DNA of 64,000 nt from a virus: positions 3,696 through 67,695 of IMG/VR virus record IMGVR_UViG_2903506739_000001; one strand, written 5' to 3'. Numbering within the stretch: position 1 is the stretch's first letter; the number at the start of each line of letters is the position of its first letter. A program made the position numbers and the translations under genes. The notes under the pieces are model-generated. The model was given only the letters and a program-made list of their open reading frames with translations. It ran no database searches and was not told the origin of the DNA. Positions 45,802-54,541 of the stretch are shown piece after piece.

Positions 45802-45915
45802 TCAGATGAACAGGAAAGCGCGCTTTGCAGCGCACACGGCGCGACGCGTGCGGCGCCGCTCACGACCGTTCGACGACTTCGAATAAGGCTGGTTATGCTT
45901 GCGACGTGTAGGCAT
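45802..45915 (-). CDS. 38-aa highly basic peptide (not in ORF track)
   Basis: Reverse-strand reading gives MPTRRKHNQPYSKSSNGRERRRTRRAVCAAKRAFLFI, preceded by CAACCAAAGGGAGTCCGACC. Confidence 0.25.
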   Translation of the reverse strand: MPTRRKHNQPYSKSSNGRERRRTRRAVCAAKRAFLFI

Positions 45916-46090
45916 GGTCGGACTCCCTTTGGTTGATGTTGGACAACAGGCGGTAAACTGTGAGCGCGACCAGCGCGCCAACGATGATTTCAGGCACGAT
46001 CAACAGGCCGAGCGCGATTGCCGGAATGGCGAGTGCGCGCATGATCGGTTGAACATTTCCGCTGGTGGTTGAACCGCTAGGCATGATCAT
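45893..46090 (-). CDS. small membrane protein
   Basis: 65 aa ORF with a hydrophobic core. Confidence 0.35.
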   Translation of the reverse strand: MIMPSGSTTSGNVQPIMRALAIPAIALGLLIVPEIIVGALVALTVYRLLSNINQRESDHAYTSQA

Positions 46091-46374
46091 GACGCCTTAA
46101 GCTCGGCAACGGTGCAGCCTACGAACTTAGCCGCAACTGCCCAATCGCTGCCGATATAGGTGACCTCGACAATATCGAGCGTGACGGGAACACCGTCTTT
46201 CGTCTTGCCGCACACCTTGCCGAGAAAGCGGCGCTGCCCTTTGGCGTGCGCTTCGGCCATTGCCTGCAGCGGCTGGTCAAGATTGCGAACCGTGCCGTCG
46301 CTGAAAACGGACACGCAACGCCATACCTTTGGCGCGGCTGCAAGAGCGTCTAGGCGTTTGGTGATATCGGACAT
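46087..46374 (-). CDS. hypothetical protein
   Basis: 95 aa ORF. Confidence 0.4.
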   Translation of the reverse strand: MSDITKRLDALAAAPKVWRCVSVFSDGTVRNLDQPLQAMAEAHAKGQRRFLGKVCGKTKDGVPVTLDIVEVTYIGSDWAVAAKFVGCTVAELKAS

Positions 46375-46428
46375 CGCATTAGCCTTTCATCTGTTAGTTG
46401 ACACATTGGCACAACGGACATGCTTTAG

Positions 46429-46443
46429 TCAACAGTCAGTTGA
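46429..46443. promoter_or_regulatory. palindromic operator-like site TCAACAGTCAGTTGA
   Basis: Read from the sequence, ~55 nt upstream of the 46087..46374 start. It is adjacent to a GTTGACACATTGGCACAACGGAC element. Confidence 0.5.
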
Positions 46444-46448
46444 ATTGT

Positions 46449-46715
46449 TCAGCCGAGCAAATCGGCGAATTCCGCCCGAGCTTTCCGGGCAGCCCTGGCA
46501 GCGCGCTTGCGTTCCCTTTCGCGCTCGGCATTGGCTTGCGCATGTCGGCGCCGATCGGCTTTGCAGCACTCGACGCAACGTTTGTTGACGGTATAGCGGA
46601 CGGCGCGCGACTCGGCCGTGATCACGATTGCGCCGTGCTCGAGGCAAGGCCGGCCGAGATAGAAGCGCGCGCCGCTGGCTTTGGCTTCCGCCCATGGCAA
46701 GGCTAGATCCGTCAT
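46449..46715 (-). CDS. Cys-rich (zinc-ribbon-like) protein with basic region and C-terminal EFADLLG tail
   Basis: Start at M9 of the track ORF. Contains CLEHG…CVECC. Confidence 0.45.
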   Translation of the reverse strand: MTDLALPWAEAKASGARFYLGRPCLEHGAIVITAESRAVRYTVNKRCVECCKADRRRHAQANAERERERKRAARAARKARAEFADLLG

Positions 46716-46945
46716 GGCCGCTTGCCCGTGGTGGCGCACGACCTGAACAGGCGGCTAATCCGTAGCGACGTGCGCGCGCCTTGCACCAGCAAGGGGATTC
46801 GCCTGATCTCCCAATCATAGGCTTGCCCGAGCGCGGCGCGGCGCTTGATGTCCTTTGCCTGCCCGATCTCTTCGAAGGCAATGCGGCGATACTTGTTGGC
46901 GTGGTAGGTGTCTGAATTGAACGGCATTAGCGTGCCTCCAACCAT
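46712..46945 (-). CDS. hypothetical protein
   Basis: 77 aa ORF. The start could be M7. Confidence 0.3.
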   Translation of the reverse strand: MVGGTLMPFNSDTYHANKYRRIAFEEIGQAKDIKRRAALGQAYDWEIRRIPLLVQGARTSLRISRLFRSCATTGKRP

Positions 46946-47115
46946 GCCGCAGCATAGGCGCGCGCGTCGTCCGTCAAGCGGCCATAGCGGACCATCATGC
47001 GCGCCATGGCGTCGCCGCAGTCACGCTTTGCAGCGTGCTCTAGATCGGCCTTGACCTGCTCTAGCGTGCGCTCGGGAATGCCTAGGCGTTCCGCTTCCGT
47101 GTGCAAGTTGATCAT
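46927..47115 (-). CDS. hypothetical protein
   Basis: 62 aa ORF. Confidence 0.3.
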   Translation of the reverse strand: MINLHTEAERLGIPERTLEQVKADLEHAAKRDCGDAMARMMVRYGRLTDDARAYAAAWLEAR

Positions 47116-47235
47116 TGGTCGGACTCCCTTAGTGCGGCAACGGCAGGTCGAAAGCGATCGTCAAGGCGAGCACTGCAGCGGGCAGCATGGCCAGTAGGCA
47201 GAAGCGGGCAAACTCTTTCAGCATGGTTCCGACTC

Positions 47236-47454
47236 CTACCACTCGCCATAGAGCTTGCCGCACTCAGTCCAGCAATCAACCCATGCCACGCCATAGGACG
47301 GCAGGCGGACGCGCACGCTAATCATGGGCAAGCCGTCAACCGTGGTCTCACGGGCATACGTTGCCAGGCCTTGCGTGAGCGCTGCCGCGTAGGCCTTTGC
47401 GTTGGTGACTGTGAGCGGTGCATTCCAGAACATGGGCTTTCCCCTTGGTTGCAT
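47236..47454 (-). CDS. hypothetical protein; first gene left of the putative origin
   Basis: 72 aa ORF. Confidence 0.35.
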   Translation of the reverse strand: MQPRGKPMFWNAPLTVTNAKAYAAALTQGLATYARETTVDGLPMISVRVRLPSYGVAWVDCWTECGKLYGEW

Positions 47455-47459
47455 GGGTC

Positions 47460-48300
47460 ATCTGTTGGTTGACACATTGGCACAACGGACGCGGCTTAGT
47501 CAACAGATGGTTGAACGGTAAGGCACAACGGACGCTAGGCCGGCGCCAGCTGGTCGGTTTACCTGTCAACCATGTAGCTACACACAGGCACAACGGACGC
47601 AGTCCGACATCGTCTTAGGTCGTCTCACGGGTCAACCGACGGATGATCTATAGGCACAACGGACGCGCGTCGTTGATCGTCTCACACTGTCTCACGCCGT
47701 CCGAGGTCGTCGCTCCGGGTCCTTCCCGTCAACAGGGTGTTGCGCGGGGGCGCAGAGACCCAGGAATGCGAGCCTTTTGGGATTTTTTTCCTACGCAAGT
47801 CGGGATAATCGTAAACCGTGCGGAGACTTATTGCGTGCTTACGGTAAACTCTCAGGCGAATGTAAGCCCGATTTTTGAAAATTTTGATTTTTACCCTGAC
47901 CACCCTGACCAAAAACGGGTTTACCCTGACCAGTCTAAACTATTGATTCTATTATTCTTTTATAGGGTTGGTCAGGGTGGTCAGGGTGGTCAGGGTAACT
48001 TTCCCGTATACGCGCATGAACTCACCGACCTGGTAGGGTGGCCGGTTGACTGATTGGCACAACGGACAAAACTATGGCTTATCGTACGCGCGTGTCGCGT
48101 GTATGGGATTCGGAATTTTACCCTGACCACCCTGACCACCCTGACCGGAGGGCAAAAAGCGCAATGAAATCTGCCGTTTAGGCCTGGTCAGGGTAACGCG
48201 ATTTTGGTCAGGGTGGTCAGGGTAAAAAATTGAATCGCGAAATCGAGGCGTTATATTCGCCCGCGAGTTGATCGTAAGCCATGAAAATCGCCTGTCGGTT
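47460..48300. repeat. non-coding repeat block: putative phage origin of replication (iterons plus AT-rich core)
   Basis: No credible ORF lies in this block. The 12-mer GGCACAACGGAC recurs at 47479, 47521, 47586, 47652 and 48055, with a sixth copy at 46409. About 12 copies of the 9-mer ACCCTGACC / GGTCAGGGT occur in direct and inverted tandem arrays (47891-47932, 47965-47995, 48117-48145, 48183-48225). They flank an AT-rich stretch at 47935-47965. Confidence 0.55.
47499..47513. promoter_or_regulatory. palindromic operator-like site TCAACAGATGGTTGA
   Basis: Read from the sequence, ~45 nt upstream of the 47236..47454 start. Confidence 0.5.
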
Positions 48301-48309
48301 GACATGGCA

Positions 48310-48564
48310 TCAGGACCGGCGCTCGATGATCGGAATTGTCTTTGTCTCGGAATCGTAGCCGCCCGTTCTCACGTCTTCCATGATGCGGGCGCCATTACGT
48401 AGCCTGATGGTTGACCAGGCGTATTGCGTGGCGGCGGCCTCGAACGCAGCGCGAGCTACGGCGCCGTTGTTCATCTCGCCGATCTTCTCGATCACATTGC
48501 CTTCGGCGTCGACGCAAACGACCTGGAAGGAGTAGTCGTAGATAGCGAACTGCCGTGGTCCCAT
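48310..48564 (-). CDS. hypothetical protein
   Basis: Start at M14 of the track ORF. Confidence 0.35.
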   Translation of the reverse strand: MGPRQFAIYDYSFQVVCVDAEGNVIEKIGEMNNGAVARAAFEAAATQYAWSTIRLRNGARIMEDVRTGGYDSETKTIPIIERRS

Positions 48565-48646
48565 TGATCCGTGCTCCCGATCTGAAGCGACGGATGGAAA
48601 CACGTTCTTAGTTTGTTCGCAAGGAATTTATATTCCTCTTTGAACG

Positions 48647-48847
48647 TCAGGCGATTAGGACAGCGGCTTGACCCTTGGCGCTGTCAGAAACGAATTCAGG
48701 ATACTTGTCGTCAAGATCGCTCGTCCTGACTATGGTCACCTCGGTCGCTCGCGATGGGTTGTGCATGTCGCCGTTGAAAACGACAACCTCGTCTTGCGCT
48801 GGCAGCGTGCGCAGTTTTTCGATCAATTCACCAACGGTCATGGCCAT
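48647..48847 (-). CDS. hypothetical small protein
   Basis: Start at M94 of track ORF 48647..49126. The upstream part of that ORF is Arg-rich GC-frame noise. Confidence 0.3.
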   Translation of the reverse strand: MAMTVGELIEKLRTLPAQDEVVVFNGDMHNPSRATEVTIVRTSDLDDKYPEFVSDSAKGQAAVLIA

Positions 48848-49209
48848 GCCTCCGAGAGTTTGAGATAACCATCCTCGAACGAGCTCTTGCTGCCGGCACG
48901 AAGAGCATCGGCGAAGGTCTGCAAATTCTTGGCCCACGTCTCGGCCTCGGCGCGGGTTGGCCGGAAGTAGAGCACGCGGTCGCGCATGTGCAGCGGCACC
49001 CAGGCAGCGCGGAAATTGGTGAAGCGCTCTGTCGGTGCCCACTTCTGCAAAGTCCGGCCACCGCGCGACATGCCCCACCACTCGAACCGGAACCAGCCTT
49101 CGCCGCCAGTGCCGCTGCACAGCCACACCTTGGCGCCCATGCGGAAGATGCGGTCGACGCCCTCCACGTTGGCGATGAGGCCGAAACGGTCGTCCTGCTC
49201 GGTCATCAT
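48838..49209 (-). CDS. hypothetical protein
   Basis: 123 aa ORF with balanced, Trp-containing composition. Confidence 0.4.
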   Translation of the reverse strand: MMTEQDDRFGLIANVEGVDRIFRMGAKVWLCSGTGGEGWFRFEWWGMSRGGRTLQKWAPTERFTNFRAAWVPLHMRDRVLYFRPTRAEAETWAKNLQTFADALRAGSKSSFEDGYLKLSEAWP

Positions 49210-49243
49210 CTGGTCCCCAATCTCCTCATGAGCCGATGTCTCG

Positions 49244-49687
49244 TCACCTGCCGAACGTCACATTTGGCGGGTAGTGCCTGTTCAGGTCGATCAGGAAATC
49301 GTGCAATTCCGGTGAAGCGTCAGTGATGATCAGGCCGCTTCCCCGTCTGACAGCCGCAGCGACGGTCTGCTCGATCTCCACTTTTGCCTGTTCCAGCGTG
49401 CCGACATACCTCTGGCCGTCGCCAGTGACCACGAAGACCTCTGTCTTCTTGTCGACCGGCATCACGCACATCTCATTCAGGAAGGCGAGAAGCTCGCTGT
49501 AGGGCTTGCCAACAAACGGCAGCAACGTGGCGCGTGCGCGCCTTACGTCAGCACCCTCGCCCGTGTTCAGGATTTGGATATCTTCCAATTTCGAAGACGG
49601 GTCGATCTTTCCACTGAAGCCCTGCGTGGCGACAAGCGGCACCACGTTGACGCCGCATATCTGGAAGCTTGTACCCCATGCGCTCAT
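49244..49687 (-). CDS. hypothetical protein
   Basis: 147 aa ORF. Confidence 0.4.
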   Translation of the reverse strand: MSAWGTSFQICGVNVVPLVATQGFSGKIDPSSKLEDIQILNTGEGADVRRARATLLPFVGKPYSELLAFLNEMCVMPVDKKTEVFVVTGDGQRYVGTLEQAKVEIEQTVAAAVRRGSGLIITDASPELHDFLIDLNRHYPPNVTFGR

Positions 49688-50088
49688 ATTGCCTCCTCGT
49701 CCCTGTCGATCATCGGCCCGATCTCGAGGAACTGTTTGCCGCGGTCTGTGATCCAGGAGCCATAGACCGAGCCGCCATGCTCAGTGAAGTCCTCCGAGGA
49801 CAGGTAGTGCGCGATGAATTCAGCGGCGATATCGGGATGCGCCAGCAGGACCTTCTTGATGCCCTCGACACCTGGTTTCGGCCAAGCCTCGGTCTCGAAC
49901 TGGCGAAGGCATTCGATCAGGAAACCATGCACGCCGCAGGGGTTGCCACAGCCGCACGATGCCTTGAGGCTGAAATACATCGCCTCTTGCTCGGTGTCGT
50001 AGTGGCACGTGTCAGGGCCGATCAACATATCGTTGGACGGATCGCGTTTGAACTCGAAGCGGCTCTGTCGTTCCAGATAGGTGCTCAT
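49684..50088 (-). CDS. hypothetical protein (Cys cluster CGCGNPCGVHG)
   Basis: 134 aa ORF with an ATGA overlap. Confidence 0.4.
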   Translation of the reverse strand: MSTYLERQSRFEFKRDPSNDMLIGPDTCHYDTEQEAMYFSLKASCGCGNPCGVHGFLIECLRQFETEAWPKPGVEGIKKVLLAHPDIAAEFIAHYLSSEDFTEHGGSVYGSWITDRGKQFLEIGPMIDRDEEAI

Positions 50089-50098
50089 AGCGTCTCCT

Positions 50099-50467
50099 TT
50101 AGGCCAGATCGGGAGCTTTTTCGATGTCGGCCAGTATCTTGCGTGCCTCGTCGATCTTCTCTTGCAGGATCAGGGTGCTCCGTGAATGCCAGATGTCGTC
50201 GTTGAGGTCGGCAAGGAGCCTCACTAGGGCCAGCACTCTCCGATCAGGCCCGCCGCCGTAGCGCCGCAACTGGTCGAAGGTATTGTCCAGCAAGTCCTTC
50301 GTCCTCTCCGGTGCGTCGCCACCGGGTTCGAGCTCGTCAAGCAGATCAGGATTGGCCTTCACAGCCGCCCGTATGGTTGCGACGATGTCGGACGGCAGCA
50401 ACTCCTCGGGGCTCGGCGGCAAGGCGTCATACAGGTAATCTTCGAGGGTCTTTGGCTTGTCGGTCAT
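50099..50467 (-). CDS. hypothetical acidic protein
   Basis: 122 aa ORF. The operator-like site at 50520-50534 lies upstream. Confidence 0.4.
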   Translation of the reverse strand: MTDKPKTLEDYLYDALPPSPEELLPSDIVATIRAAVKANPDLLDELEPGGDAPERTKDLLDNTFDQLRRYGGGPDRRVLALVRLLADLNDDIWHSRSTLILQEKIDEARKILADIEKAPDLA

Positions 50468-50519
50468 GAAAACGGCTCCTCATTCGTTGGAGCCGTTATT
50501 CCACCGATCTCGCTTTTAG

Positions 50520-50534
50520 TCAACAGTCAGTTGA
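50520..50534. promoter_or_regulatory. palindromic operator-like site TCAACAGTCAGTTGA
   Basis: Identical 15-mer to the 46429 site. It lies between the primase stop and the next gene. Confidence 0.5.
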
Positions 50535-50538
50535 ATTG

Positions 50539-52962
50539 TTAGATGTCGAAATCGTCTTTTTCGTCTTCTTCGATCTCGACGACCGGCTCGGAATGCCAGA
50601 CGATCTCGGAGCCTAGGAAGGTCTCGAAGGCCTGGCGGCATTCCTCGAGCGGCGGGAAGGCGTACTGGTTGAGGCGCTGGCTGCCGTCGCGCGGGCGGCG
50701 CGTCTCGATCGCTGGCACCAACTGGCGCATGACCTTGCCGAAATGGACCTCGTTGAGTTGCTTGCCCTCATAGCGCCGGCTGTGCATCCACCCAACATAG
50801 GTGTCGTAGAAATCACCCTTGTCGACAACGGCTTTTTCCTTCCACCAGTCGCCCTCGGCGTCGGCGGAAATGCGCCCTGATTCGAGCATGTCGAACCACC
50901 AGTGCTCGACGTTTTTCAAGCCTTCGATCTTCTGCTCGCCGAGCGCGATCGTGTCGGGCACGGCGCGGACATTGAAGCGGCTCAGATCGTAGTTCAGCAG
51001 ATAGTGCAGAAGGCCTGCCCGACCGCCGTTGCGCATCTCGTGCCGGATGGCGGCGAAATAGGCATGGTCGCCCTTCTTCGTCGGAGGCACGTCGAGCACG
51101 AAATAGCGGCGCTCGTCCTCGGTCGCCGGCACCACCCACTTTTCGTTCGACGACATGAACAGGCGAAGCACGCTGTCGATGTGGTAGCCGTTCAGGCCCT
51201 TTGGTTCGATGAAGAGGCTTTCCGTCGTGATCAGGTGCTTAAGCACGCCTTCGGCGTTCTTGGAGCCCGCCCAAAAGCCCTCCTCGACATGCAGCAACAG
51301 GCACTTTTCCATGTGCGCGTTGAACTTGCCGGTGAGCTGATCCTGGTTGGCGATCTTGACGTGATGGTGCGGAAACAGTCCGCCGACGTAATCGGCGATC
51401 GTGTCCTTGCCGACGCCCTTCTTGCCGCGGAGCACCATGGCGACGCCGGGCTTTTCTTCTGGCCGCTGGATCATGTGCGCCCACCATCCGAACGTGTAGT
51501 TTGCAGCCCGCTCGTCGTTCGAGCAGATCACCTTTCTCAGGTGCGCCAGGATGAGGCGACAGGAGGCTTCCGGGTCGGGCTCGACGGAGAACCCGCGCCA
51601 GTGGTTATAGGCCCCCTTGACCTCGCGCCCTGGTGCGAAGACCACGCCGTTCGAATACTCACGCCTGAGCTTGTGGCGCATCCACGCCTTGGTGACCGGC
51701 TCGGTCGCCTTGTCGGTGGCAACGCGGTCGTTCTCATAAAAGTTGTGGAGATCGCCGACCGTGCCGAGCGCGACAGCGCCGTCATCCTTCTCGGTCAGGA
51801 TTGCCGTCTTGCCGTTGAGGAACACGACTGCGTGCTTGTTGTTGAGACGCTTCACCTTGGGCGGCACGTGCCCTAGCGCCGCCTCGACGTCGGCCTTCTT
51901 CAGCTTCGTCTCGCGCTTGCTCTGTTTGGGCGCCCGCCCCCCGCCGCCGAGCAGGTCGTCAAACTCGTCGGCTACTGGCTTCTCGTCGAGATCGGAATCG
52001 GTGTCGAAATCGTCGCCGTCTTCGAGGTTGTCGAATTCCTCGGACAGTCTGGCCTCTCGCACGGCATTGACGACCGTGCGCATCGTGATCAGCTTGCGTC
52101 CTTCCTTGTGTTTGAAGGACCAGAATTTGAATTTCGTCGTCTTGTCGTCGTTCTTGTCGGATGCTCGCGACCAATCCAGGAAGGCCTTGTAGAACTGCTG
52201 TCGCTCGTCCTTGCTGCGGCCTGAACTCTCGTGGCTGACGGCGGCCATGACCTCGAGCCATTGGTCGTAGTCGAGGCTCTCGTTGGGGTAGTCCTTGAGG
52301 AGGTTGCGGACCTCGTCGACCGTGAGGCCGAGCGGCTTGGCGCGCTCAGGATCTTGCTCGCCGGCATCGTCATCGCCGTCGACAACCTTTTGCAGGATCT
52401 CGGCCGGCACGAACGGCCCGTCGCCGAGCAGAAGCGAGTCGAAATCGAATTGCTTCAGCCAACGGTAGGGCTTGCCGGTGTCGGGATGGATCGACGCGGG
52501 GATGACGACCTGCTTGCCGGTGCCGTAGAGCTCGATTTCCCATCGCCAGCGCATCTTGCCATCGGCGCACACCATCTTCTCATCGCTGTGGGCAAGCTGC
52601 CGCGAGGAAAAAGGCTTGTCGCTCAACAGGTAAAAATGGCGGCTCTCGCCGCCCGAACCTGAAATGACGGTCGGCCAGTCGGCCGATTCGGGGAAGAGCA
52701 CAGCGACCTTGGCGCGCGCTTCGTCCGCTAGGGATGCGTCACGAACGTCGAGGTCGATGACGTGCATCCAGTGGTCGCCGACCTTCGACCATTTGCCAAG
52801 GCGGACGCCGACATTGTTGCCGTTGCGGTAGGTCTTCCTGAGCTTTTCGAGGGACGCGACTGGTTTGTCCTGCCAATCGTCGCCGACCGGCCGTTTCGAC
52901 TTCGGATGAAGCCAATGGATGGCAAAGCCCGCACGGGCAAGGTGCTCAATGTGGGCGAGCAT
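50539..52962 (-). CDS. bifunctional primase-polymerase (prim-pol N-domain) / D5-like SF3 helicase; acidic C-terminus EIEEDEKDDFDI
   Basis: 807 aa ORF. N-terminal prim-pol-like region. C-terminal P-loop (MVLRGKKGVGKDTIADYVGG), as in P4 alpha / D5 NTPases. Confidence 0.7.
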   Translation of the reverse strand: MLAHIEHLARAGFAIHWLHPKSKRPVGDDWQDKPVASLEKLRKTYRNGNNVGVRLGKWSKVGDHWMHVIDLDVRDASLADEARAKVAVLFPESADWPTVISGSGGESRHFYLLSDKPFSSRQLAHSDEKMVCADGKMRWRWEIELYGTGKQVVIPASIHPDTGKPYRWLKQFDFDSLLLGDGPFVPAEILQKVVDGDDDAGEQDPERAKPLGLTVDEVRNLLKDYPNESLDYDQWLEVMAAVSHESSGRSKDERQQFYKAFLDWSRASDKNDDKTTKFKFWSFKHKEGRKLITMRTVVNAVREARLSEEFDNLEDGDDFDTDSDLDEKPVADEFDDLLGGGGRAPKQSKRETKLKKADVEAALGHVPPKVKRLNNKHAVVFLNGKTAILTEKDDGAVALGTVGDLHNFYENDRVATDKATEPVTKAWMRHKLRREYSNGVVFAPGREVKGAYNHWRGFSVEPDPEASCRLILAHLRKVICSNDERAANYTFGWWAHMIQRPEEKPGVAMVLRGKKGVGKDTIADYVGGLFPHHHVKIANQDQLTGKFNAHMEKCLLLHVEEGFWAGSKNAEGVLKHLITTESLFIEPKGLNGYHIDSVLRLFMSSNEKWVVPATEDERRYFVLDVPPTKKGDHAYFAAIRHEMRNGGRAGLLHYLLNYDLSRFNVRAVPDTIALGEQKIEGLKNVEHWWFDMLESGRISADAEGDWWKEKAVVDKGDFYDTYVGWMHSRRYEGKQLNEVHFGKVMRQLVPAIETRRPRDGSQRLNQYAFPPLEECRQAFETFLGSEIVWHSEPVVEIEEDEKDDFDI

Positions 52963-53040
52963 GCCGTGGCCCTTTGTGCCCGACGCCTGGTCGAGATGGA
53001 ACGAGCGAAATCATGAACCCAAACCCCCGGATTCGGGGCT

Positions 53041-53370
53041 TCAGGAGAGGAACTGCCAGAAATCCTCGCGGGTCGCAGGCACGAATTCGCGACCCCTCTT
53101 TCGCTGATTCGCGGACAGCTTGACGATCTCCTCAACCTGCTTTGCGGGGATACGATTCGCGCGCCCTGGCTTGAACCACTTATAGACGCCCTGCCGCGTC
53201 ATATCGAGCTTCTCAGCCAGGCGGTCCAGGTCGCAGACGCCGTCTCGCGCATGCATGAAATCAGGCAAGGCCTGGGTCAGAAGATCATGCAGGGGTCCGC
53301 GGCTCGAGCGTGCCTTGCGGCGCTTCTTCGCCGGAGCCATGCCGAGCATGTCGTCAATGTCGATTGTCAC
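53041..53370 (-). CDS. HTH transcriptional regulator (Cro/CII-like early regulator)
   Basis: GTG start with AGGGAG 8 nt upstream. HTH segment LDRLAEKLDMTRQGVYKWF. First gene of the leftward operon from the divergent control region. Confidence 0.55.
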   Translation of the reverse strand: MTIDIDDMLGMAPAKKRRKARSSRGPLHDLLTQALPDFMHARDGVCDLDRLAEKLDMTRQGVYKWFKPGRANRIPAKQVEEIVKLSANQRKRGREFVPATREDFWQFLS

Positions 53371-53519
53371 TCTCGCATCTCCCTCGTTACGGACACAAAG
53401 CCTAACCGACCCCAAATTAATATTCAACTGCCAATTGACATGTTCAACTTTACGGTCAACTATTCAGCCAACGCATCGACCCGAGCGGCGGGCGTTTCAG
53501 CAACGAACCGGAGATAGAC
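53371..53519. promoter_or_regulatory. divergent early control region with multiple TTCAAC/GTCAAC half-sites and a TTGACA-N17-AACTAT promoter-like element facing right
   Basis: The sequence …TATTCAACTGCCAATTGACATGTTCAACTTTACGGTCAACTATTCAGCC… lies between divergent genes. Confidence 0.45.
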
Positions 53520-53972
53520 ATGAGCCTGGAAGAAGCCCTGAACCGTAACAACGAACTGCTTGCCGAGCATAACGACCTTCTCAAGAAGGTACTCGGCGCC
53601 GCTGCCAACAAGGCCGGCAAGACCGAGGAAACCGCCGCCGCTGGTTCCGGCAAGGGCGGCAAAGGCAAGGCCGACAAGAAGGAAGACGCTTCCGCAGAAT
53701 TCGACGCCGACGCGCTGAAGGCGGCAATCGCCAAGGCCGGCACCTGGCTCGGCGAGTTCAAGGACAACGAGGCCGATGGCGAGACCCAGGCGCGCAAGGA
53801 CAAGCTGCGGCAGGCGCTCGACAAGCTCGGCTACAAGCTCGCCAAGGACATCAACAAGGCGGAAGACGTGAAGCGTTTCGAGACCTGGGTCGAGAAGCAG
53901 ATCGCGGCCGGCCGCATCACGCCCGAGCCGGAAGAAGCCGGCGAGGAAGCCTCGAGCGAGGACGACATCTAG
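53520..53972 (+). CDS. Lys/Ala/Glu-rich hypothetical protein; acidic C-terminus
   Basis: 150 aa ORF. First rightward gene. Confidence 0.45.
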   Translation: MSLEEALNRNNELLAEHNDLLKKVLGAAANKAGKTEETAAAGSGKGGKGKADKKEDASAEFDADALKAAIAKAGTWLGEFKDNEADGETQARKDKLRQALDKLGYKLAKDINKAEDVKRFETWVEKQIAAGRITPEPEEAGEEASSEDDI

Positions 53973-54033
53973 GCGGCGACCTGACGGAGGCCTCGGCGCC
54001 CACTCTTCCAACCAAGAGGGGCGTCGGGGTTTT

Positions 54034-54100
54034 CCGGTGGGGTGGCGCGCACGGATGCAAGCCTGATCAGCGGGGGTTCGAGTCCCCATCGCCATCCTTC
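54034..54100 (+). other. tRNA-like 3' fragment (T-arm GGGGGTTCGAGTCCCC plus 7-bp acceptor-like pairing GGGTGGC/GCCATCC); not a complete tRNA
   Basis: A T-loop consensus TTCGAGT is present. Only ~58 nt fold; there is no D-arm/anticodon arm and no CCA. Confidence 0.3.
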
Positions 54101-54125
54101 CAGAAAACCCAACAAGGCTCGATCG

Positions 54126-54323
54126 ATGATCGTACCTGGTGCCAAAGACACGGACCCATTCGCCTCATGCGTCGGCAAGGAGCAGTTCGACTCGGCCGAA
54201 AAGGCGATGAAAACGGTCAAGAACCACAACAAGCGCAAACACCGCGTCGTTGTGGCCGCGTACCGCTGCCAGCATTGCGGTTCCTATCACTTGGGCACCA
54301 AGCGGTCAGGTAGCCGGCGATGA
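54126..54323 (+). CDS. small Cys-containing (zinc-finger-like) protein
   Basis: Start at M29 of the track ORF. Contains C…C…CQHC. Confidence 0.35.
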   Translation: MIVPGAKDTDPFASCVGKEQFDSAEKAMKTVKNHNKRKHRVVVAAYRCQHCGSYHLGTKRSGSRR

Positions 54324-54520
54324 GCCCGTGGCTACTCCTGTTCGTGGCCTTCGGTGGCGGCGACGAAATTTCCGGCAAGCAGGTCTTTGCCGACCGTCCC
54401 GCATGCGAAACCCGCGCGGTCGAAATGAGCATCGCCGCGGCTCCGGACAGAGTGATTTTCCAGTGTGTCGACGCCCGCACCTGGCAGCAGATCCAAGACG
54501 AATTCGGCGTCGAGTTCTGA
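54320..54520 (+). CDS. hypothetical small protein
   Basis: 66 aa ORF with an ATGA overlap. Confidence 0.35.
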   Translation: MSPWLLLFVAFGGGDEISGKQVFADRPACETRAVEMSIAAAPDRVIFQCVDARTWQQIQDEFGVEF

Positions 54521-54541
54521 ACAATCAAAGGAGGCCCTCAC

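Noticed and set aside
46405-48066. TGGCACAACGGAC repeats considered as sigma-54 (-24/-12) promoters
   Set aside because: The -24-like TGGCAC is present, but the -12 TTGC(A/T) element is absent at the required spacing in all six copies.
47880-48230. Tandem ACCCTGACC/GGTCAGGGT arrays considered as a possible CRISPR array
   Set aside because: Repeat unit is only 9 bp, copies abut each other without unique spacers, both orientations occur and there are no cas genes. The pattern fits iterons, not CRISPR.
31470-50540. Alphaproteobacterial LexA box (GTTC-N7-GTTC) as an explanation for the GTTGAAC repeats
   Set aside because: Half-site spacing in the observed sites is 5 bp in inverted orientation (TCAAC-N5-GTTGA), not the direct GTTC-N7-GTTC arrangement.
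54034-54110. Complete tRNA gene
   Set aside because: Only T-arm and acceptor-like pairing are present. No D-arm or anticodon arm can be formed and the CCA end is not encoded.
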